56,146 nucleotides of DNA, filler included, from Bipalium vagum (GCA_037834085.1; 3 parts of 3 records of this genome joined end to end with filler, not necessarily neighbours in it); one strand, 5' to 3'; shown: positions 1 through 14,840, counted from the whole stretch's first letter. A program made the numbers and translations. The notes: a model not told the origin generated them from the sequence alone.

Positions 1-2429
1 TAATAATAATAATAGGAAGAAACAGAAAAATATATAATAATGATGTAATACTTAAACTATTTTGCTAAAGTGTGCAACTATAAATTTTAACTAAATAGAA
101 GACATGAAAAAATTTGCATAATTTCTTGAGACCAGACTAGGTTCAGTTTTGGGTGATGGTATCTAAAGGTGTTAGAAAGGTTTTTAGGGCAATAATTAAA
201 AACGAGATTACATTATTAATTGACTTATTGATTGCAAAACGTGTCCTAAATAACTTCCTATAAATATTTAATGAAAAATTACATTAACACTCAATACTAA
301 CCTGACATATTAAACTTTTCACTAAAACAAGTATTCTCTAAAGTTACATTAAAACAAAAATTAATTCTTAATGTTCACTAAATGATTTTTAAATGTTTCA
401 AAACCTATTCTATTAAATATTTTATTTAAACCAAAAAATATAAGTATATTTTCGCTTATAAAACTAAATAAAATGATATTTTCTCACTACTTTGTTTGAT
501 TCAATTTGCATAATTCGCAATAGAGAAAATGTTGTTTGTAAAATCTGATGATTTATATTATTCATTATATTAATAATAATATAAATTATAGTAATTAGTT
601 AACTATAGGACCTAGATATAAGAAATTTGACTGAAGATAGGAAATCATTCCCAAGATAAATAAAAGAGTAGAATAGAGCGATGTATAATTTCTTATAATA
701 TAATAATTAAAAAAAAAGCTTTCCGTAGTTTGTGAAAAAATAATTGGATTTTTCAAAAAGTATATAGGGAAAATGTCTTAAAACCAATAATTACGCTATA
801 TAATTGTGAAAAATGTTAATTAAAAATTCAACTTATTCAATTTTAATTTGTCATAATAAAAACGAATTTCTATTTAATTAGTTTCGGGTTTTTTAATTGA
901 AAACGATATTGGAAAAATTAATTTGATGCAGAGTACTGTAGAAAATTTATGTTGTAAACTGATTAATGTTTTCCAGTTAATTTATATTTTTTATTTTATA
1001 TATCTCACGACCGATTCCAATTTGATCATCAAACAAACACCATTACTGCTTCTGTGAACATATGTGCCTACCAAAGTGATTTATAAGGGTTATTCAAATG
1101 TGATCACATTTTATTTGTAACGTTCATAAGGCTTCGAAAGCCCGTAAAGGAATTATTTCTCTCTCTAATATCACCAGATCAAAAATTCTATATGAGGTCT
1201 GAACCAACAGTGATGGTAGCAAATAATTTATCATAGGAAACAATCATAATGAAATCAAACTTTATTAATTTGATATACATTTTTACTGACTGTCCTGAAG
1301 ACTTATACTGTTTTAAATGTGTGCGATAATGATCACATCAAATATCATATATCAGTAAAGTTCGGTAATATAAATTACTGATCGGATCTCAGTAATAAAA
1401 ATAAAGATTGTAATAAATACTGGATTGGCGAATAATGTTTTGTTGAATTAAAAAAGATACAGTTGTACCTTTATTTTTCATTCAAACATACTATTTAGAT
1501 ATTTTTGATTTTTTATAATAATTCTAATAATTACTTCCATTCTAGTGTAATTTTTGGATTTTGATAAGCAAAACTGAAATAAGGAAATTTTACGTTTCGA
1601 AAGACTAGATCCGTATTTCATTAACATACTGCATTGAACAAAACAATTTCAGAAGAATATGGATGGAATATCACATCCAGATTTCTTAAATTTCTGAAGA
1701 GGACGAACAGATTTGAGTGGTATTACAGTGCCTAGATGAAATATCCTCTTATTATCATTGACCAAGCTTGACACTCTTCAAGAGATACTTTCAGACTAGC
1801 CAATTGTCAATCCTGTCAAACAGTTTTATCTTCATTTTGTGTTAATTCGTTTCTGAGCTCTACCATACTGTCATATTTCCTTATCCAAAGTCATTTTTGT
1901 TGAATATTATTGTACATTATTCACTTTCATCTCTTTCAACATTTTTTTAACATCCTTTTGTTTCTATTCAATGAAATACAAACAGAATTTTTGTCAAATG
2001 TTTTTTTCTAATATTATATATAGAATTCAAATGCCATACACATTTATCAATCCAAGTGATATAAAACATCTTCCAACTTTTTATTTGGTCTACATTTAAC
2101 ATAGATTCCAATTCTCTTTCTTCAACAGTGCAATGACTTTTTAAAGTTAATATATACAGCACGAAGTTTGGTAAACCATACTCGGACATTTTGTTGTTCA
2201 ACTACATTTTTTCAATGAGTGTTGTATATTTTCTGGTAAATTCTACACATTTTTTTGTTTTGTAAGTAATAAAACATAAAGGCTCAAAAAAAGTGAATTA
2301 AAACAAGTATTAAAATTTTACTAATTTTGAAAGTATTATCTATTTGTTTAAATAAGGTTTTCATAATTAACATTCCATTTTTGTTCTTATTAATCTATTT
2401 AAATAAAATGAAATTTAAAATAATATACA

Positions 2430-2990
2430 TTTTTCCAAATAAATACAGCATATTTTTCGTGAAGCTATATTACAAGAAGAGCGTATCTGTAGAACAATAT
2501 ATCAGAGAATTCGGAACTGCACGCGATATCAAAAGAGAGCAACAGTTACCTGATCGCCAATTTATCTATGTATTGATTAAAAGATTCGAAACGCATAGGG
2601 CAGTTCAATATTTACCGAGAAGCGAAGAATACAAAATGAAGAAATACGGGAAATCGTGAAATCATCCGCAAAGCAGACCTTGCCTTTAACTTCCACAGCT
2701 ACCATTGCTGGTGTTTCAAGAACAACTACATGAAAAAATTTACGATTTTCCTAAACAATATCTGGTGGAGCAATGAGTCAGATTTTCCAATTTCTACAAA
2801 GCCAAACAGGTAAAATAGTCACTTCTGAACTGAAGATAAATGTGAAGTGTCAATAACTGAGATACACGTTTTTTCCCATTCAATCAGTGTTTGCAGCTTT
2901 CAACAGCCGCTATGTTTTGGAAGCACTTTTCTTTGAAGAGAACGAAATATTTAGTTTTTGTCATGAAAATTTGCTGTTTCCAATACTCAA
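2430..2990 (+). mobile_element. Tc1/mariner-superfamily remnant (rosa/DUF4817-type HTH)
   Basis: IFFVKLYY..S......REF......P....IY.LIKRFETHRAVQYLPRS, then GVSRTT and IWWSNES (degenerate WSDE). Confidence 0.6.
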
Positions 2991-3859
2991 AATATAATGC
3001 TTAAAATCAGAAAAATATTATACAGAAACCCATTAATTATGGTTTTGAGAAGATTTGTAATTTATCTTTAAATTATGTCATGTATGATTTCATATTGAAG
3101 AATCCTGGATGGAATCTAAGTATAATTTCTCAAATGAAATATATTCACCATGAAAGATAAAAACAAAATCTCAAGCAGAAAACATGTATTAGGAACAAAA
3201 TGGAACATTCTAAAAACTTTAAAAACACATGAGAAGTACTACTTCATAGTTTACTTTGATAAAAATGATTAAAGTAATGTATGTTTCATGTTTCTCAGTA
3301 GTAAATATTGTTATACAAGTTTTCAAACGAGTTATTATATGAAATATTATCTATAGAAATGTCTATTAGAAATAATTATCCTAGATTTGAAGAAGAGTAA
3401 TTTGCTTGGATTAGTCAACATGAGAGAAAATTAATGATATTATGTCAATATTGGAACATCAAAATTAGAATTATTTATGATGGAGTAGTTGAATCAAAAT
3501 ATACATCACCAAATGAATTCTTAAAAAAGAAAAAAAAAGAAAAAAGAATGTCAAATAAAAAGAAGAAATCTTCAAGAAATAATTATGCCTCCATTACATA
3601 TAAGGTTGTTCGAAAAATAATGTCGCTTCTTAACATTGAACTTTGAATGTATATTTGTTTTTAAAAAACAAAACATAATTAATCGAAATAAGAACCATTC
3701 AATTCAACACGTTTTATTCAACAAAAGAGAAGCTTAGTTATTTATTCTCGTTGAGTAAAATTACGAAGTTTTTGAATCAATGAAATCATTGAAGAATTTT
3801 TTAACATCATTCTGATTTCTGAAACATTTTCCCCTCTTATTGCAATTTTTGAAGATAGA

Positions 3860-4025
3860 CAACAACCTCCATCATTAGTCAATAGGAAAGGACAGATTCT
3901 ACTTCATGATAACGCTCGACCTCATGTAGAACAATCGATCTTACAGAAATTAAGTCAAACCCTGCCTTACCCAGCATACTTATTCGACCTTTTACTTAAT
4001 GACTACCACTTCTTTAAACAACCAA
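3860..4025 (+). mobile_element. Mariner transposase remnant
   Basis: LVNRKGQILLHDNARPHV...LPYPAY..DL...DYHFFK. Confidence 0.8.
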
Positions 4026-4559
4026 AAAAAATTGAAAAAAATCATCAGCACCAAACAATTAGGAATCATAATAATTCTCTGGTTAGATCATCATAGCAGT
4101 TATTATGTAGGAATCACTCCATACTGATTGGAAATTAAAGATATTTGGGGATCATTTGTGATATGAACTTCAGAAAAAATTGGAAGATAAATTCAACGAC
4201 CAGAATAAAATATATGAAAAATCGATAACGTATGAATGATTTTATTTGACTAATACTTTATCTCGAAGATCCAAATATAGTAAAGAAAAATTAATTGTTC
4301 AAAATCTTTCTTATCACAAATTATGACACAGATAAATCACAGATAAAGAGTATTGCGAACTCAACTTTTAACAGTCTAACGATCTCCAAACACAAAAAGT
4401 AGAAGATGATATTTTACTCTCAAGTGACATTAATAATAAATCAAATGATCCGATGTTTTACCGATATCTCACTGAAGTGGTTAACAAGATTAGGAAATAC
4501 AATCCTGCTTCTCTATCTACTGTTGATTTAGGCAAAGACCTAGAATTATAGGAAGCAAC

Positions 4560-4720
4560 ACGGAAGTCATACTTTGCAAATATTGGGAAATAACGAACTT
4601 CTGAAGAACTGTTAACATTTTTATATTTCTGGACTTATTAAAAATCGGTAAGAAACCGGGATTGACTTTTTCTGGCAGTAACTTACCAGGCATAAAATTT
4701 TCGGTACTTTACAAACCCTA
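4560..4720. mobile_element. Possible hAT-like terminus
   Basis: Ends in TTACAAACCCTA (TAGGGTTTGTAA reversed) after CGG-rich subterminal motifs. No partner end found. Confidence 0.35.
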
Positions 4721-7046
4721 GTCGATATGTGAGTGTCTGTCCAAATCATCGTTCTAATCATTAAAACAAAATTTTAAAATAAAAAAATAACATTTCGGTT
4801 TAATAATATTTTCATGATAAATATTTTGTCATCAGTTTAATTGGATCTGTTTGTTTTATTTTTCCAAAAACTTTGGGTCATTGTTATTAAAATCTTATTG
4901 AACCAAACTGATACAGAGAGTTATCTTGTTATTACTAACAGGTTCCAATAAAGTAGTTGGACAAAATTCAAGTACGTATAACTTCAAAAAATGTTTAGAC
5001 GTGTTTATAAATAAATTTCGACATATTTTACAAAATTAAAGTTAACTTATTAATACTTTTAATATTATAAGTGAAAGAGGCCAAGCAAGATTACTTACGT
5101 TAGCAAATATATGAAATTCTTGGACAGCTTTCTTAAAAGGTAGTATTGGAATATTTTAAGAACAATATTTCTGATTCCACAACTTATTCTATATTCAAAA
5201 CTTTCGATACTGGTAAACTAAGTACCGACACTACAAAAAGAGGTCAGCCAAGGCTTTTAGATAATATCAGATTCCCAGTCACTGAAAAATACCGGTAACA
5301 AGATTGGTGTTTATAATCGGAAATTGGATCGAAAAATTCTAATTTCAAAGGAAACAGTGCGCCAAAACTTTAAAAAAATAGTGTCACCTATCATACCAGA
5401 TTGACTGTTCCTCGATACAGGTCATTAATAAAAAAAGAAAGGTAAAAGGGGTCTATGGAATTGATTCTTTAATTGAAAATGAGGCAGAGAAATATAAAAG
5501 GTTTCAATATATATACCACTCTGAAATAATTCTCTTTAAATTATATATAATGGTTGTTGTTATTCGTGTTATTAGGTAGCCATTATTATTGTAACATTAA
5601 AAGAATCAATGATATTACTTTATAGCAAAATTGAGTTGCGAAATCAATAATAATATGCATTTTAGTCACGCTTGACGCCCTACAATGAATCTGAATAAAA
5701 GACACGTCCATTTATTTTTCTAATGACTTAATTAAATATATTATTTACCTTTATGAACACATCGGCTTAATTATTAAAATTTATATTTCACAATTGAATT
5801 TAATTATATTAAGTCAACCTTGATCATCTGATTGGGGTATAATAGGGATATTTATTTTATATTTTACGTTCAAATAATAAAGCTTATATCTCAAATTCAT
5901 ATTGGTTATTATTGTTTTATACATTAAAATCATCGAAGTAATCCAATTTAATGTGAATTCTTCCACAAAATTTTGTTTCACTGTATAAAATAACAATTTC
6001 TAGAAATTATTGTTCGGTTGACTGATTTCGACAAGTGTCACAGAATAATAGAATTCAATATATCGCTCCTGATGTATTATCATTGTAATCTTCTTGTCAT
6101 TCCCGTGATAATATTTTGATAATTAAAACAAAAGTTGTATATTTGAAAATTGTCACAGAATTGGTAAATAAAGAATTCATAAATTATTTTTATTTGTTAA
6201 TATTAATTACGTATTTTATATTTTTCGTCATTGTTCAATGTTTAAATTCAATACATAAGATTCGTAAACTGGAGCAAGACATTTCACATCATCTTTCATT
6301 TTATCTAGTCCTTCTTTATTTTAATATGATAATTTTCGACTTAGTCAAACTGAATCTTATTAATTATTTATTGATTCGAAAATATTTGATTGCCTTTTGG
6401 ACTTCTTTAATATCTTTGTGTTCTCATTTATTTTTCCAAATAATTCATTTTTGATAGTAAATTCCAAACTTTTTTTCAATTTCAACTTTTAAAACAAAAA
6501 AGATAAGTTTCACTTTCTTTTTCTTTCGGGCGCGTCTCTGGAAGTCTCTCAACTTAAATGGTAACCCCTGACAGCCAGCCGACCAATCCGGTCTTTGGTT
6601 GTGAAAATTTGTGAAAATAATTTCTCATTTTCCTCTCATATGCTGCTTTTTAAACTCACGTGGGGAGAAATAATTTATTTCCAACAGCCCCTACTTGTGG
6701 AGTACAATTATTACAGTTGCTAATGCATACTAAGAAAATTAATTTATTATTTTACAAATTTTCTACAAACTTTAAAAAATTCTTTAATATTAGAATTATT
6801 AAAAAATATTTTTATAATTATCACAATCATTTACAGACTTATTTACGGTCAATTTTCAGAAACCAGGTAGTGTCATTGGCTAATCCAACAATTATTGTAC
6901 ATTAATAATATTAAGGTAATAAACCCTTCATGGCAACTGATATAAAATTTTAACATTAACATTGAGATTTATCATGAATTAAAATATATTATGAAAAGTT
7001 AATTTTTTTTAATAATAAAAAATATATGTGGAAGAAAAGTATTTAC

Positions 7047-7289
7047 CCGACTTCGAATCCATGAATAGGTCATTTTCTGAATTTTCTTCTGACAAAATTT
7101 GATATTGAATACTTCCACGGAAATTGACAGGAGAATAGCTTAAGAAAGTCCCTAAAACCTTTGCTATTGGATTGGACTGAAGCTGATTTTCTGACATTGG
7201 CAAAGTTACATTTATTTCTTTCATCAACGTTTGAATATTGATTGAAGGTAACATGATGAACAGAACAATACAAAAAGCAGTTGAAAAAT
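7047..7289 (-). CDS. ds: Dachsous-like cadherin, probable exon 4 (gene continues, later exons not identified)
   Basis: TCTTTTTCCAG| acceptor. The phase-1 join completes VKAVDE-N-FSTAFCIVLFIM..., then MSENQLQSNPIAKV...GSIQYQIL...LFMDSKSG (EC-like). Donor G|GTAAAT. Implies a ~7-kb intron (7290-14293). Confidence 0.65.
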
Positions 7290-7471
7290 CTGGAAAAAGA
7301 AATCGATATATTTTATGGAAATAATGAAAGATTTATTTTCTTAATTAGTCAAGCCATAAAAATTACTTTATATTAATACTTATTAGACTTGTTATTTATT
7401 AGCTTATTATTTATTTTTGTTTTATTTATTATACGAAAATTGATTTGTTCGAATATAAAAGAGGAAATCCA

Positions 7472-7608
7472 NNNNNNNNNNNNNNNNNNNNNNNNNNNNN
7501 NNNNNNNNNNNNNNNNNNNNNNNNNNNNNNNNNNNNNNNNNNNNNNNNNNNNNNNNNNNNNNNNNNNNNNNNNNNNNNNNNNNNNNNNNNNNNNNNNNNN
7601 NNNNNNNN
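7472..7608. other. Assembly gap
   Basis: Run of 137 N. Confidence 0.99.
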
Positions 7609-9350
7609 ATATTTGAATATTCAATTAAAAAATGAATTATTTCATTCTATTTCAATGAAAGTTACGCTGAAATTATATTATATAGTAAATAACTGAACTT
7701 TTTATTATCCATTTAAATAACAATATAATAATATAATATCATTTTATAAGCGACGGAATAGATGAAACTGTATGAAGACTATACAAAATTAAACTCTATG
7801 GGAAACAAAACAGTTCAGAATATTAAAATTTGTATTCAGAATGTTTTTAATGTTATTATAATCAATTCAAGTCAAAAAAATAATAATTAATAATTAATAC
7901 TTAATACTATAATTGATTTATTTGATATAACAAAGGAAATATTATATTAGTAATGTGCAAAATTCTTTTAAGAGTCAAGTATACGAAGAAAGTCAGATTT
8001 AAAAAGAATAAAGTAAAACCTTTATATGTAAAACACGATTTTATTGTAAATATTAGGGAAATAAATTATCCGTGAAAGGAGACATCATTGTCTTCTTCGG
8101 TTCAGTTAAGAGTAAATATTCAAATGAATTTATCCAATGATATGTAATACCAAGCCAAAATAACACTTTGAAAAGACAATACTATCCACAGTAGCAATTA
8201 TTACAAGGAGAAAGCCAAAAGTCAAAGATAAGCATCATAATGATCAATAAAATATTAATAAATTCAAAAGAACAGTCATCAAAATATGTTAAAGCATGTT
8301 GAAGATTCTCAATGAAATAAAATGAATCAATCAAAATTGTCTGAGTTTTGACACCAATAAAGAAATAATAATTAAAATTACAAATGAAAAAAAATCTTGT
8401 GATTTAAAACAAAACATTTCTCTCAATTGTGAACAGTTCAAACATAGAAAAACCAAGTGAGTCTAGGAGCCATTATAACTTCATATTTTGGCTTTATAAT
8501 TATCACCTTCTTTGAAGACAGACCCACTTATATTTATGTCATTAATCCGATTAAGAACCGTCCGAAAAATGAACCACTCACTTACACCAAAGACCCAGAG
8601 TTTGGCTTGTTTATAAAGAATATTGAAATTAAGTTTTATTACTGAATGTAATGTACATAATTAATTTTATAGACTTCTTCATAAAGTCTAAATATTTTTC
8701 TAAATTTATTTTTATCGAATTCATCTTCTTTTTCTTAAATCATTAAGATTTTCTTTCAATAACTTCTTTTATAACAATAATATTAATTTAAACAAATTAT
8801 TTTTTTAATACTTGACTCTTTGATTATATACATTTATGTTTATTTTGTATTAATTATTCTTAATTACAAAGCATTTCTTTAAGAAAAATAAAGACAAAAG
8901 ATTTCTATTAAAAAGTATAAAACACGTTGTTCCAATTGGCAAACATATTGGTGGTCAGAAATAATTTTTTGTTTAAATTTAAGAAAAAATTTTCAAATCG
9001 CAATAATTTTAAAACCGTAAGCTTGTAAAATTATCAAGCTTAACGTATTTATTCACGTTCAATGTCATAGTTAAATAATATATTAAATTATTGACTTTTC
9101 CCAAGACTTTTACTTTAAAAAATATAAAGTATATTTTTCATTTTCACAAAACAAATAAAGTAAAAGTAAATTTTATTTCTTCCTAAAAATAATCTCATCC
9201 TTGAAACAGAATCGTTTTTACTGTTGATCTCATTATTATTTCCTAAGATCGTATGAAAATATTTTCCAAATAATATTTCAATTTCTAATTATTCTTGGAT
9301 AACTTGTCAGCTTTGTCTTTGAGTTTTATATGAGGATCATTTTGAAATTA

Positions 9351-9589
9351 CAGTACCTGGCCATTGAAATAGACTCATACAAAAAATATTGTTTTTTGAC
9401 GTAAGAAATTAAACCGATTTAATGAAAACCATTCTGTAGAAAATAATTTTTATTTACTTTTGACCAAAGTGTGTCTTCGTAGTGTTTGTATTTCACTCCC
9501 CAAACTAGTCTCTTCTTTATCATGGCCGATGTTAACTTATACTTTAGTGTTATACCACTGTTTTTAAAATAATACTTGACCAGGTACTG
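9351..9589. mobile_element. Tc1-type MITE (239 bp) in the cadherin intron
   Basis: TA-flanked TIRs CAGTACCTGGCCA / CAGTACCTGGTCA; no coding capacity. Confidence 0.75.
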
Positions 9590-12500
9590 TAATATATTAA
9601 GGCTATGTATACGTTCATATGACTGATGTTCATGTGGAATTTGAGTAATATTAAAAATATTACATCTGAAAATTTGTATTTTGTTTAAATAAGTTAATAT
9701 TGATTATATTTATTTATAGCATTAATTTGAATATTAATTTAAGTTTACCAATTCATTTGCAGAAAATATAATGGAAGTAGATAAAAATACATATATGTAC
9801 TGCAAATGTAGTGTTTTATTTGCAATAATATTTATAAAAATTATTCGTCTTAAAACGATGTGAATCTATGCATACCATAATATTTTTTATATTTTTTAAA
9901 AAAACAATATTATAACATAGAAATCACAGAGTTAGTTTTCGTTAGTTCCAATTGACACCTAACAACATGTTGGTAAACAACATATCCATTTTTTATAACA
10001 TTGCAGAACTGATTCGGTATTTTCGTTAGTACAGTTGAATTTCGAAGCTTTATTAATTTTTCCTTTTAGAAATATTTTAAGTGAAAATAAACTTGACGGA
10101 TTATGAAAATAATGTGGCTATAACCTCTTCAGTGGCAACATTTTATTGCAGGATTGGTACTTTAAATCTGGGAGAAATTCTCAAAAAGATAATGGTGAAG
10201 ATAAATAGTGATTATTATTGTGAGTTGATCGATAAGGTTGGGAAATTACAAAAATCTAAGATCTTCAAAACAGCTATTCACATAAGTGAATAAAATATTT
10301 TATTATGAAAAAAAAATCAATAAATAAATAAAATTATATTATTTTTAATATTGATTTAAAAAGAAATATTAAAAAGAAAATTTAAAGATTTTATTGTATT
10401 TTATTTTTAGTTTAATTTTCTAAGAATTAAAACAATATTTTTCATAATCTAATCGTCAAAAATTGTATTTTTTTAACGCTAGACAAATCATTTCCCAAAT
10501 GTTTTATTCAAAAAAAATTTATTTTCAGCTTTCGATCTTACATTAAAAGTATTAATTAATTAAAACATTTAAGATATTTATTTTCAGCTAAACAGTTTTT
10601 CCCATTTCATTTTTTATGCATTTAAATTTTTAGATTATTAAAATTGAGACAATTTAATCCTTGCCTTATTCATAAAGCCTTTAAATAAATCACTTTAATT
10701 TTATATTATAAAATAATTATGATTGCATTGCTTTTTCGGATAGTGAAAATAATTTTGTTTTAACCATTTAAAAATCGAAAACTGATATATTTTCATTTTT
10801 TCATTTTATTTTTTGTTAATTCATTAAGATGTAAAATTGATAACCATAAAAACTTCAAATATTTTCATTAATTTCCGTTGGAGAAAACTGATTAAAAAAT
10901 ATTAAAAATGGAAAAATATTTTTTAAACATTTAAAATTAATTTTCACCAAAAAATTGTTAATATTTTTAATATATCTAATAATATACAGTTTTTGTGTAA
11001 CAAAGGCCACATATCCGATTTTTTATTTCGACATTTAAATATATCTTAGTCATTTTATTTATAACTTGAATTATTAAAACAAACAGAACAAAAACATCAA
11101 ATCACATACATATTATTAGTAATACCTTAAATATTAAAAATGTAATAAATGTTAACCAATTTAAACATTTTTATGTAAGCCTCATTTTTTTTTCCAGCTG
11201 TGTATATTTTATTATTACTATTTTTATAAGTCCTTATCGGACCTTCAAAAATCGTAAATGATGACACTGGAAACAGCGTCAGTGAAGGCGGTGTATTGAT
11301 TCAAATTTTTATTTATCAAAAACAGCATTTCGGATAAATACAAGAATAGAAAATATTTTTATCAGGGAAAAACCTGATATTTAACCAACCCTTTACCTAA
11401 TAATATAAACAAAGATAAAATTCAAAATAACATTCTCACAAAAACCTTTACTACATGTGATACTTTTCATTACAGCTTCATTATAAATTACATTTCATGA
11501 AAATTCTCTTCAGAAATTTAATATTCCTCAGATTATTAACTAATCATTCCTGTGGAGGAGATTATGAAATATATATATATCTGTGTGAAATGCGAAACCC
11601 CATTTGTAATCACTGATTAACTTTCCATCAGCTGGATATGTGAAAACGAACCATGTATTAATTGGTGTCTAATACACGAAGAGACGTTTTTCTTTATAAA
11701 TTTCAACTGTACATAAATGTATTAAAAATACTTCAAACAAAAACGGTTCATCACTTAACATATAAAATAATAATTCATTCAATTTTCAGTGTATTAATTC
11801 CGGGGACATTGTAAAGACAATTAATGACAAGACATTGGTTAACCTTCCTTTTGGAAAACTTTAGGGAACTGATTCCTCAGTAAATTTCCGATATGAATTT
11901 TCTTCTTAATTGTGGACCCTTCATAAATCTATTAGGATTTAATGACAGTGGAAATGATTTTGAAGATAATGGGGATAAAACTTTTATTAAATAAATAATA
12001 TTTTAACACCGTTATAATTTCACAGAGAGAGAGGTATATAAAGCTCGGATTTGATGATGTTAAACATATAGTCATTAACCTATATTAATACTGTTATCAA
12101 AGAGAGTCCTCAGTCTTTTATAACATTTTAAAAAGTATTTGAAGAAATGAGAGTAATGAGATATGACCAGAAATATTTCTGATACAAAATGTTGCAATTT
12201 AAATGAACCATGACTTATTGGCTAAAAACGAATTTGAAGGGTACCCTTGTGATCTGACATTGATTGATATTCAGCCAATATTAAAGAAAAACTTATTTCA
12301 ATATGAAAATATAATGCAAATTTTAATGATAGTTCTTTTAACATCAACTGACAAGTCGATCTTTTGACATATAAAAAGTAAACAAATGATCATAAGTCAG
12401 CTTATTTTATTATATATTAAAATTTATTCAATATTTTGTTTTAAATGGAACTCAAATGAGCAGACAAATATTTTTTCGTTTAACCAATTTCGGTTCTCTT

Positions 12501-12937
12501 CAGAAAAAAATTGATAAACCATGAAAATTAATGATAATCAGTGTTTGTTTCCAGAGTATATTGTTCACAAAATAAAATAAATACGGAATCGATGATCAAT
12601 AATGGTGAGCTATTGTAATAAAAATTGTCTCCATCTCTATATACAATTAGTTAAAAGTATAATGAGACGCGGTCTTAGAAATGATTCTGTAAACAGAAAA
12701 GATCTACTTATCAAATATGAGATCATGATCAGATTTTATCGTATGGCGTACTCTGAGACAATGAGGTTGATTATCTTATCAATTCATAAAAAACGGCGCT
12801 AAAAAGACATTGACCTTTCTTCTTGGATCGTGAATCGAGTAATAAGAAAGTGAATCTCTTATTACTCTTACATAATAAAAGATGTATCAAAAATTTCATC
12901 AATTTTGACCACAAAAAATTTTTTTATATGTTATAAT

Positions 12938-14220
12938 TAGAGCTCGGATTTTTATGACTTTATAAAATAAAAAAATGACCCTTTAAAATGTTAAATGTTA
13001 AATAAAATATAACACTAAAGATACTAATTAACTTTCAATAAAGGTCAAAAATCAAAAGTACATTGTGCTTCCTTAATCGCAATTGAATCTTCACCATCAA
13101 ACCGCGATATTACATATTTTAAGACGCTAAAATTCTCAGAGTAGTAAACGACTGCATTTGACCATGTTCCCCAGGTAAGATTAAATTAGAAGTTTTCGGA
13201 ATATATACGGAGATTTTGTAAATATCTTCTTGGTTGTGGTTATTAAATGATCAACGATGGGAAATAATTTTCTAATCTCTTCGCATACTCTATACAAAAA
13301 TGCACGTCACATGTCACATGAGCCATGTTTATGTAAAGGCACCGTAAAGATTTCCCTGCTTTTACCATATATGGTGTAGCATCGGTTACAATTAATAAAA
13401 CATTTTCACGTTCTTTTTTACCTTTCCATAACATAAGCATAGGCACATTGAATAACTTGAAAATTGACAAGTTATTCGTTTTCTCCAGACCCCGCTTGTT
13501 AAGAGAAAATGTTTGTTTCCTTTTGATTCCGATAAAATACGTACAATAACATTTGCAATAAAGCGTCCTCCAACATCTGTGGTTTCATTAATAGAAACCA
13601 TTTTTTCCACCTCTTTTGTCGAATGGCACTTACTGTGTGATCATAGGACAAATCTATATACTTTTTCCTTATCATGGACTCATATGGAATTTTATGAGCT
13701 TTTATTTTAACAAAATACTTCGCAGGATTTCATTTTCAAACTTTCCAAGTGGAATATTTGCGGAAATAAATGATTTACAAATATCAATTGAAAATGTTGA
13801 CGTGCCAGGTTTTAATACAGTATTTGAGATCAAACTTTGTCCACTTCTCACTTTATTTTCGATTCCACGTTTGTGTTTTTTACTGGAAATATGTTGCTCC
13901 ATATTAAATAGTTTGTCGGCAGAAACCTTTGTATGCATATTTTGCAAAAAAATAATTACATCAATGGAAAAGACGTCTTCCAAATTCAATAACCATTTTT
14001 CTTAAATGACTTGCAAGATTTAATTTGGTTTTGAGTAATTACATTACACAAAATTAAAAATTGAATTTCATCATATTAAAAAATTACTTGAAAATTCGAT
14101 TATAATGTTTATTTTAACAAACTATGATTTTAAAGATAAGAAATATGACTTAGAAATTTTAAATTATGACTTATAAACAAAATTCAGCTTTTATGAAATG
14201 TCGTAAATTTCCGAGTCCTA
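12938..14220 (-). mobile_element. Degenerate hAT DNA transposon (DUF659/CGGBP-type transposase) inside the cadherin intron
   Basis: Imperfect TIRs TAGAGCTCGGATTTTTATGAC / TAGGACTCGGAAATTTACGAC. 8-bp TSD GTTATAAT (12930-12937) / GTTATAAC (14221-14228). Frameshifted motifs QHISSKKH (BED-like), VSINETTDVGGRFIANVIV, VTDATPYMVKAGKSL, HVTC..H, WGTW..AV.YYSENF. Confidence 0.88.
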
Positions 14221-14293
14221 GTTATAACTCCAAATTATAAGGATCTTTAACCATCCTAGTATATTCAATTATGTTTAAAAAATAAAAACAAAC

Positions 14294-14471
14294 TTTCATC
14301 AACAGCTTTAACCATATAAATATACTGAAAAGTTGTCAATTGCGTCTGATCAAAATCATCCCTGGTACACAGAACTCCGTATTTATTGAAATAAAGCGGT
14401 CCATCAATTTTGGACTGGCTATTGAGTGTATACTGAATTTTGATACCACAATGGCTATTTGCGACGGCGAT
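14294..14471 (-). CDS. ds: Dachsous-like cadherin, exon 3
   Basis: TTACAG| acceptor, phase 0: IAVANSHCGIKIQYTLNSQSKIDGPLYFNKYGVLCTRDDFDQTQLTTFQYIYMVKAVDE. This fits the EC pattern (I.Y.L, G.L.T...D, Y...V.A.D). CF.Q, CG and G..CT recall the cysteine-containing Dachsous repeat. Donor A|GTTTGT (phase 1). Confidence 0.75.
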
Positions 14472-14840
14472 CTGTAATGAGAGATCTTTAAAGAAAAGTC
14501 TGAAAAATGATGATAATGATGATATTGTTTCGGCAAAATTCACTGGTCACCAGTTGCTATTATGAAGAACAGTCAATCAGAATGATTATAAAACGGTATG
14601 CAACAGAGAGGCTGATTATTTATCAATATTATCACTGTTGTGAAAATATCAAGATACCACCATAATCATAAACAAACACAAGATTCAAAACTACTCAACC
14701 AAGTGGAACAATATGGCTCAATTTATACCTGTCAACATCATTTCGCGATGGTGACATGCTTAAGATGATGAGAGTACTTGAAACTAAGACAGCTCGCTCT
14801 AAGTGTAGACCATTCTGATCGGAAAATATTTGAAACTTAC

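Noticed and set aside
1374-1396. 8-bp hairpin ATTACTGA/TCAGTAAT
   Set aside because: Short and AT-rich; expected by chance.
1000-2250. Further cadherin exons / ORF 1968-2201
   Set aside because: No frame with EC motifs and compatible splice sites was found; probably decayed repeat sequence.
6116-6454. Hydrophobic 112-aa ORF (and similar short ORFs at 18057, 48324, 52507)
   Set aside because: F/I/L/N/K-rich translations typical of random AT-rich DNA; no motifs.
12479-12506. Second hammerhead-like string on the minus strand (CTGAAGA-GAACC-GAAA)
   Set aside because: Stem II is only 1 bp, stem III is not palindromic and stem I is only A/T; compatible with chance.
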